Shown: in pieces, positions 14,021 to 19,558 of the stretch
How positions within the stretch are numbered: the stretch's first letter is position 1
Layout of the letters: each line of letters begins with the position of its first letter
Assembly: GCA_021737615.1 (NCBI GenBank)
Contig: JAIPDR010000053.1
Coordinates: 1 to 20,125, forward strand
Direction of reading: 5' to 3'
Source: Desulfohalobiaceae bacterium
GTDB taxonomy: Bacteria > Desulfobacterota > Desulfovibrionia > Desulfovibrionales > Desulfothermaceae
DNA: 20,125 bases
Translations under genes and position numbers: made by a program
Notes under the pieces: generated by a model
The model's database searches: none
What the model was told of the DNA's origin: nothing
The model's input: the letters and a program-made list of their open reading frames with translations, nothing else

Positions 14021-14247
14021 TTTGGATTTTGGATCTCCACATTTTGGATTTTGGATTAGGAAGACACAGAATAAGAACTGGTCTATATGGAATAAATCCA
14101 ATACCTTTTTCCTAAAGCATCTATCCCTCAGGGCCGGCCTCCAGCTCCGCTACGGGCCGGAGAGTAAAGTATACGCCCTGGAGAAAAGCCAAAATCGACC
14201 CTCTTTCTTTTTCCGCAATCCAAAATCCGCATTCCAAAATCCAAAAT
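13996..14247. repeat. Spacer bracketed by inverted heptamer arrays, with the conserved core in opposite orientation
   Basis: The left array (13996-14057) contains the 22-bp unit attttggattttggatctccac in 2.8 tandem copies (13997-14018, 14019-14040, 14041-14057). The right array is 14212-14247. Positions 14041-14055 are the exact reverse complement of 14233-14247 (15 bp). Core 14058-14118 is homologous to the reverse complement of 9601-9662. Confidence 0.9.
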
Positions 14248-14250
14248 TCT

Positions 14251-15783
14251 TCAAACGCTTTCCCACTCAAACCCCACGATATTCCGTTTCTCACTGGAAA
14301 ACTCCACCCCGATCAAATAGACCTCCTGCCCGGCGAATTTTTCCGCGTACCCCCTGGCCTTGATCTGTTCCAGGGCCCCGGCTTGATCCGTGAGCTCCAC
14401 CACCTTGAACTCGATCAGATAGATCCGGTCCTCAAAACGCAGGGTCAGGTCCATCCTGCCCTTGTTCGTCGGCTCTTCAGGATGGACGTCCAGCCCAAGG
14501 GCTGCAAAATAACAGTAGACAATGGAGGCGTAGTAGCCTTCATACCCGGCCAATTGGTTCTTGCGATACCAGTCATGGGGGATGGAGGCGAAAAAGGCCT
14601 GAAACAGCTCACGGAGCTTATCCAGGTCATTGACTGAGAGGGCATCCAGCAGATCGGACTGATTTCTGGTCTTGGCCAGGCGGGCCTGGGATAGTCCGTT
14701 CAAAATGGAGTTGGTCAGACTGGCCTTGACCTCCATGTTGGGGTAACCAAGGCGATACCGGCTAAAGGCCCCGGTCTGGGAAAAGCCCCTGATAGTCAAG
14801 TAGCCGGTCTGGAAAAGAAGGGCCTCCGCAACAATTGAATCGATATCAAAACTGCCCACGATTTCCTCTCCCACGGTCAGGTCTTCCACTTCCGGGATGC
14901 TGTACCGGCCCTCCTGCAGCAGTTTGACCAGAAAACCCGGGGTTCCGGTTTCAAACCAATAATTCCGAAATTCCTTAGAATCCAAATACAGCAGAATATC
15001 AAAAGGGTTATAGACCTCGTCTCCCAGCCAGTTGTACCCATTGTACCACTGTTGGACCTGATCCTTATCCACCCCGTCCAAACGATCCACAAAGACCGTC
15101 TCCAATTCCTGCTGGGTATATCCACAAATCGCTGAAAAGCGCTTATCCAGGGTGATGTCCTTGAGGTTGTTCAAACCGCTGAACAAGGAAACCTTGCTGA
15201 ATTTGGAGACCCCGGTGATGAATACGAATTCTAGATAGGGATCGGCATCCTTGATCACTGAGTAGTAGTTCTTGAGCTCCTCTCTGATTTCCACAGCTGT
15301 TGCCGGTTTTTCAATATTGTCCAGGATGGGCTTGTCATATTCGTCCACCAGGACCACCACTTTTTGGCCGAATTGCCTGCACAAGGTGTGGATCAGTTCG
15401 GCGAAGCGGCTTCTCAAATCATCATAGCTGAAAGAAATTTTGTATTCTTTCGCATGCTCGGATAATATATAGGTAAAAGATTGCTGAAGCTCCTCAATAG
15501 TTCTCAGCACTCCGGAGCCAAAGCTGATATGGACCACCGGATTCGTCCGGTCCCAATCCCAGTGATCAAAAAGATACTGTCCTTGAAACAAGTCCTTTTT
15601 GCCTTGATAGGCGGCCTTGATGGTGCTCAGGAACAAACTCTTGCCGAAGCGCCTAGGCCGGGAGAGGAAGTAATAATCCCCGGCCTGGGCCAGCTCGCTG
15701 ATAAACCGTGTTTTATCGACATAGTAACAGTTGCTTTCAATCAGCTTTTCAAAGGTCTGAATGCCGATGGGCAGCTTTTTCAT
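14251..15783 (-). CDS. AAA-ATPase-like protein with C-terminal PD-(D/E)XK nuclease domain (AAA-ATPase_like + PDDEXK_9 architecture)
   Basis: 510-aa ORF. ATG 15783 has AGGAG 9 nt upstream. The N-terminus MKKLPIGIQTFEKLIESNCYYVDKTRFI...FLSRPRRFGKSL is the family hallmark. The C-terminus GRMDLTLRFEDRIYLIEFKV carries the D...ExK nuclease motif. Confidence 0.88.
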   Translation of the reverse strand: MKKLPIGIQTFEKLIESNCYYVDKTRFISELAQAGDYYFLSRPRRFGKSLFLSTIKAAYQGKKDLFQGQYLFDHWDWDRTNPVVHISFGSGVLRTIEELQQSFTYILSEHAKEYKISFSYDDLRSRFAELIHTLCRQFGQKVVVLVDEYDKPILDNIEKPATAVEIREELKNYYSVIKDADPYLEFVFITGVSKFSKVSLFSGLNNLKDITLDKRFSAICGYTQQELETVFVDRLDGVDKDQVQQWYNGYNWLGDEVYNPFDILLYLDSKEFRNYWFETGTPGFLVKLLQEGRYSIPEVEDLTVGEEIVGSFDIDSIVAEALLFQTGYLTIRGFSQTGAFSRYRLGYPNMEVKASLTNSILNGLSQARLAKTRNQSDLLDALSVNDLDKLRELFQAFFASIPHDWYRKNQLAGYEGYYASIVYCYFAALGLDVHPEEPTNKGRMDLTLRFEDRIYLIEFKVVELTDQAGALEQIKARGYAEKFAGQEVYLIGVEFSSEKRNIVGFEWESV

Positions 15784-15797
15784 AAGGACAGGCTCCT

Positions 15798-15844
15798 GAT
15801 TTTGGATTGCGGATTTTGGATTGCGGATTGCAGATTTTGGATTT
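15798..15844. repeat. Heptamer array just upstream of the AAA-ATPase-like gene's RBS
   Basis: gattttg gattgcg gattttg gattgcg gattgca gattttg gattt is about 6.7 units. It lies 14 nt from the ATG at 15783. Confidence 0.9.
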
Positions 15845-15847
15845 GAC

Positions 15848-15967
15848 GGAAGTGCCTAAAGTCGGGGAACACCTAAAGTATTCGGAATTATAAGAGCGGT
15901 CGCTGCAGTCTCCGTTCCGTCAACTTTAGTCGCTTTAGTTCACTTCTCAACTTTAGCTCACTTCTTC
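15848..15967. repeat. ~120-bp hairpin (MITE-like) element, AAGTGCCTAAAGT family
   Basis: The left arm is ggaagtgcctaaagtcggggaacacctaaagtattcgg (15848-15885). The right arm is ccgtcaactttagtcgctttagttcacttctcaactttagctcacttcttc (15917-15967). The terminal ~15 nt are imperfect inverted repeats. The right arm encodes EEVS plus the stop codon (15953-15955) of the upstream kinase. Confidence 0.85.
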
Positions 15968-18460
15968 TCCACCTCCCAAAGCCTTTTTGATATCCCGCAG
16001 CAAATTCTCCTTGTTGAATTGTTCTTTCTGGATGATATATTCGATCCTGCTGTTGAGCCACTCTATTTCTTCCTGGGTCATTTTTTTTCCGGAGACGATA
16101 ATAATCGGGATATGCTTGCCGGGCTCTTCTTTCTTCAGCCGGCCGATGACCTCAAAGCCGTCCACCTCCGGCATCGCCAGATCCAGGATGATCAGGTCCG
16201 GGGCCTGTTCCGAGACCCTGTCCAGCCCCTCCTGCCCGCCATAGGCCTTTCTGATCCTGTAGCCGTTGAGTTCTTCAAGGGACCTGGACAAAAGCTCCAC
16301 GGCCAGGGGATCATCGTCCACGATCAGGATATCGAAGATGGACCGTATTTTCTTCAGCCGCTCCAGCTCCCGGGTCAGCCGGTCCTTGTCGATCGGCTTG
16401 ACCAGATAGTCCACTGCCCCCAGGGAGAGGCCCAGTTCGCGGTTATCCAGCATGGAGATGCAGATAACCGGGATATCCTCGGTCTGGGGATCATTTTTAA
16501 GTTCTTCCAGGATATCCCAGCCGTCCCGGCCGGGCATGACGATATCCAGGGTCACGGCAAAGGGCTTGAATTTCCGGGCCAGCTGCACGGCCTCCAGGCC
16601 GTTGCAAGCCTGGACGACTTCATAGCCCTCGGCCTGGAGATAGGCTTTGAGGATCTCCTGAGCCTCCTTATCGTCATCGATGGTCAGGATCAACTTTTTG
16701 TCCGGATCCAGATCTTCAGAAGAAATCGCGGGGCTTTTTTCGAAAGTAGCCGGTGCTTGAACCGGAATGGTGAACCAGAAGCAGGAACCCTGGCCGTATT
16801 CGCTGTCCACTCCGATGCATCCGCCCATCATCTCCACCATTTTCTTGCAGATGGCCAGGCCCAGCCCGGTGCCTCCGGGCTTTTCCTTGAGGGGGCCGTC
16901 GATCTGCTGGAACTCATCAAAGACCTCTTCCAGGTGTTCGGTGCGGATACCCAGACCGGTGTCGGAGACACTGAAACGGATCATTTCCCCACCGGCCTCC
17001 CCCTTGAGCAGGTCGGTTTTGAGGCAGACCCTGCCTGATTCCGTGAATTTTACGGCGTTGGAGAGCAGGTTGATCAGAATCTGCTTGATGCGATTCTTGT
17101 CGTTGTACAAGGTGGATGGGATATCCGAGACGTCGAGACCAAAATTCAGGCCTTTTTTCTGAACCAGGGGGGCCACCATGTCTTGCACCGATTTCAGTAG
17201 CTCCCTGAGCTCGAATTCAGCAGGCTGGATCTCGATCTTGCCGGCCTCGATCTTGGACAGGTCCAGGACGTCATTGATCAGCCCCAACAGGTGCTGGGCG
17301 CTGTCATAGACCATGCCCAGCTGCTTGCGCTGCTCTTGGTTGAGCTCCCCTGCCAGCCCCTCCAGGAGGATTCCGCTGAAGCCGATGATGGAGTTCAGGG
17401 GAGAACGCAGCTCGTGGCTCATGTTGGCCAGAAACTGGGACTTGAGCCGGCCGGCCTCTTCCAGACGCTGGTTGGCTTCAGACAATTCCCGGGTCCGGCC
17501 TTCGACCTTTTGTTCCAAGGTCTCGGCATAGTCCTGCAAACGAGTTTCCGCCTGCCGGCGTTTCAAGATTTCGGCTTCCAGGGCCTGGTTGCGCTCCGAG
17601 AGTTCCCGGGTTTTGGCCCGGACCTGCCGTCTGAGGACCAGGGCGAATATAAAAAACAGGCCCCCCAGGCCCACGGCCGCGGCCAGTCCAAAGAGCAAAA
17701 CCCCGGGCACTTCCCGCTCCACCCGCCTGTCGAACCACTGCTCCAGGGTCTGGTGGTAGAAAGAATCCCGGTTCTGCTTCAAGGCGGACAGGCGCCGGTC
17801 AATGGCGGCAATCAGGTCCCGGCCTTGATCCTTGGGAAAAGCGAACCTGAGCTCCACCGGAGCCAGGACGATGGGTGTCCGCCTGACCTCGTATCTGTCT
17901 TCCTCGGCCAGGCCGTAGAGCCTGCTGATGATCCCGGCCTCCGCCGCTCCCCGATCCAGAACTTGAAAGACCTCTTTGTAGCCGCTGCAGAGCACATACT
18001 CGCAGGCAATGTTGAACTGCTTGAAGCGCTCGAAGGAGATCCCCCCTTGCATAACCGCGACCCTTTTTCCCTGGAGCTGCTCGACGTTTTCAATGTCCAA
18101 TCCCGAGCGGCTGTAGACCCGGGCCCAATTTGAGAGCACGGTCTCTCTGTTGAAGTCAAAAAGTTCGGCCCGGTCCCGGCTGTAGGCCACGTCCACCATG
18201 ATATCAAGCTCGCCCGCCTGCAGCCGGTCCAGGCACTGCTGCCAGGTCCCGGTCACATACTCCAGATCCCAGCCTTCCTGCCTCGCGATATACCCCAGAA
18301 GATCCACCCAGAGCCCAGCCGGATTCCCGGCCTCATCCAGGTAGACCTTGGGCTTGTTCTGATAAATGCCCACCCGGAGCGTCTCGGCCGCTGTCCCTGT
18401 AACCGGGAGCCAGGACAGGATTAGCAAAGTTAGCACAGGGGTCAGGCAGCGGAGTGTCAT
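15953..18460 (-). CDS. Hybrid histidine kinase: signal peptide - periplasmic SBP_bac_3 domain - TM - coiled coil - HisKA - HATPase_c - REC - REC
   Basis: ORF 15953..18475 has a GTG as first codon. The likely start is ATG 18460 (MTLRCLTPVLTLLILSWLPVTGTAA). The N-terminal ~320 aa are paralogous to the 12854-14020 product and the C-terminal ~510 aa to the 7319-9454 product. The H-box is MSHELRSPLNSI. Confidence 0.9.
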   Translation of the reverse strand: MTLRCLTPVLTLLILSWLPVTGTAAETLRVGIYQNKPKVYLDEAGNPAGLWVDLLGYIARQEGWDLEYVTGTWQQCLDRLQAGELDIMVDVAYSRDRAELFDFNRETVLSNWARVYSRSGLDIENVEQLQGKRVAVMQGGISFERFKQFNIACEYVLCSGYKEVFQVLDRGAAEAGIISRLYGLAEEDRYEVRRTPIVLAPVELRFAFPKDQGRDLIAAIDRRLSALKQNRDSFYHQTLEQWFDRRVEREVPGVLLFGLAAAVGLGGLFFIFALVLRRQVRAKTRELSERNQALEAEILKRRQAETRLQDYAETLEQKVEGRTRELSEANQRLEEAGRLKSQFLANMSHELRSPLNSIIGFSGILLEGLAGELNQEQRKQLGMVYDSAQHLLGLINDVLDLSKIEAGKIEIQPAEFELRELLKSVQDMVAPLVQKKGLNFGLDVSDIPSTLYNDKNRIKQILINLLSNAVKFTESGRVCLKTDLLKGEAGGEMIRFSVSDTGLGIRTEHLEEVFDEFQQIDGPLKEKPGGTGLGLAICKKMVEMMGGCIGVDSEYGQGSCFWFTIPVQAPATFEKSPAISSEDLDPDKKLILTIDDDKEAQEILKAYLQAEGYEVVQACNGLEAVQLARKFKPFAVTLDIVMPGRDGWDILEELKNDPQTEDIPVICISMLDNRELGLSLGAVDYLVKPIDKDRLTRELERLKKIRSIFDILIVDDDPLAVELLSRSLEELNGYRIRKAYGGQEGLDRVSEQAPDLIILDLAMPEVDGFEVIGRLKKEEPGKHIPIIIVSGKKMTQEEIEWLNSRIEYIIQKEQFNKENLLRDIKKALGGGEEVS
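15983..17480. repeat. Copy 2 of the duplicated transmitter module
   Basis: See 7361-8850. Confidence 0.9.
17542..18417. repeat. Copy 2 of the duplicated SBP sensor module
   Basis: See 13090-13965. Confidence 0.9.
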
Positions 18461-18475
18461 GTACAAGCTCTTCAC

Positions 18476-18521
18476 ATTGCGGATTTTGGATCTTCCGATT
18501 TTGAATCTCCCGATTTTGGAG
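18476..18521. repeat. Heptamer array filling the 50-nt spacer between the DUF5615 remnant and the SBP kinase
   Basis: attgcggattttggatcttccgattttgaatctcccgattttggag mixes GGATTTT and CGATTTT units. Confidence 0.85.
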
Positions 18522-18525
18522 ATCT

Positions 18526-18857
18526 TTAGAGAGGCAAGAATTGAACATGAGTTAGCAGATCTTCAGGTTCGCCGGCAGTTGAAATGAGCTCCAGATCTCT
18601 TATACAAGTGCCGATCGTCGTCCCCATCGGATGGCAATAGATTACCCCCGCAAAAGGCGTTTCCTCCTTTTGTCGTTTTGCCGCCTCAGCGAGAAAATCG
18701 TCATCATGCGTGAAAAGCACCCGGCCCAGTTGTGTGGATCGGTCTAACAATTCTGAATCGTCCATCTCGTCGGAACCATCTTCATGTGGGCTGTCAGAAC
18801 ATCTACACCATGTAAACGCAGACCCAAGGTTATGGATCGGGGGACATTATGGTCCAT
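18526..18857 (-). pseudogene. DUF5615 (PIN-like, Mut7-C-type) toxin gene disrupted by a frameshift near 18784
   Basis: ATG 18857 opens MDHNVPRSITLGLRLHGVDVLTAH. That frame then runs into MKMVPTRWTIQNC and a stop. The family sequence continues in another frame as EDGSDEMDDSELLDRSTQLGRVLFTHDDDFL... (ORF 18526..18765). Two extra nt (at, 18785-18784), or equivalently one missing nt, separate the two frames. The gene lies 17 nt downstream of the DUF433 gene. Confidence 0.7.
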
Positions 18858-18874
18858 ATAAAGTGGAATCACAA

Positions 18875-19201
18875 TCAGATCAGTCCCTTGGATTTGAGCC
18901 TGGCCGCGAGAGGGGTTTGGCCCTCGGTTTTTCGAGCCTGCCTCACAAAAGCAAGCCTTTTTTCAATGTCCCTATCAATCGCTTCCTGGTGATCCCAATA
19001 GTAAGCCAAAGCAGAGTATATCTGGCCAAGTGTCAGGTGAGGATGCTGAAAATACAGTTCTTCGGGGCTCCACCCGTAGGCGATCTTTTCCACAACGATC
19101 TCGATCACCTTCATGTTTGTTCCTGCTATGACCGGTACGCCTTTGGCATCCAGCGCCACGTGCTCATACCGTGTTTTCTCAACAGTCAATGACATGATCA
19201 T
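18875..19201 (-). CDS. DUF433-domain antitoxin-like protein
   Basis: ORF 18875..19204 has a GTG first codon followed by ATGs at 19201 and 19195. AGGA lies upstream. The sequence ...VPVIAGTNMKVIEIVVEKIAYGWSPEELYFQHPHLTLGQIYSALAYYWDHQEAID is a typical DUF433 core. Confidence 0.8.
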   Translation of the reverse strand: MIMSLTVEKTRYEHVALDAKGVPVIAGTNMKVIEIVVEKIAYGWSPEELYFQHPHLTLGQIYSALAYYWDHQEAIDRDIEKRLAFVRQARKTEGQTPLAARLKSKGLI

Positions 19202-19412
19202 CACCTTTTCCTTTCATCTCCTGTTTCATGGGTACCTCTTATCTTCTATACCAGAAGTTGGCATAAATTGCGCTTCTTATCTGCCGTCGATGACAGCTCT
19301 CCTGGGTCATGTGAGACAGGAGATGTATTTTGGGCCAACTTCTGGTATCTATTTGATAAATTGAAATATAAAAAAACTCAAAAGTCAAGAAACCACCCCC
19401 GTCCCTCCTCCT

Positions 19413-19558
19413 CTCCAATCCAAAATCCGCAATCCCTCCGGGGCATAGGCCCCTACGGGCCGGAGGCCAAAATCCAATATTCAATTCCTCCTCCCCATTC
19501 CCCATTCCCCATACCCCATTCCGCATTCCAAAATCCAAAATGTGAAGATCCAAAATCA
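19413..19558. repeat. Composite heptamer arrays with variant units downstream of the GGDEF gene
   Basis: 19413-19439 reads ctccaatccaaaatccgcaatccctcc. 19494-19558 reads cccattccccattccccataccccattccgcattccaaaatccaaaatgtgaagatccaaaatcac, about 9 units grading from CCCCATT to CCAAAAT. The second array overlaps the GGDEF stop codon (19556-19558). Confidence 0.9.

Noticed and set aside
13327-14040. 237-aa alternative-frame ORF inside the SBP/4-Cys sensor gene, and similar ORFs at 17812-18207 and 9102-9587
   Set aside because: They use GTG or repeat-derived starts and overlap a motif-rich frame. Their composition is typical of off-frame GC-rich sequence.
18710-19192. 160-aa plus-strand ORF opposite the toxin-antitoxin pair
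   Set aside because: It is antisense to the recognisable DUF433 and DUF5615 frames and has no motifs.
201-19558. Heptamer arrays as CRISPR arrays
   Set aside because: The units are 7 nt and directly tandem, with no spacers of 25-40 nt. No cas genes or leader are present. The periodicity and length are wrong for CRISPR.
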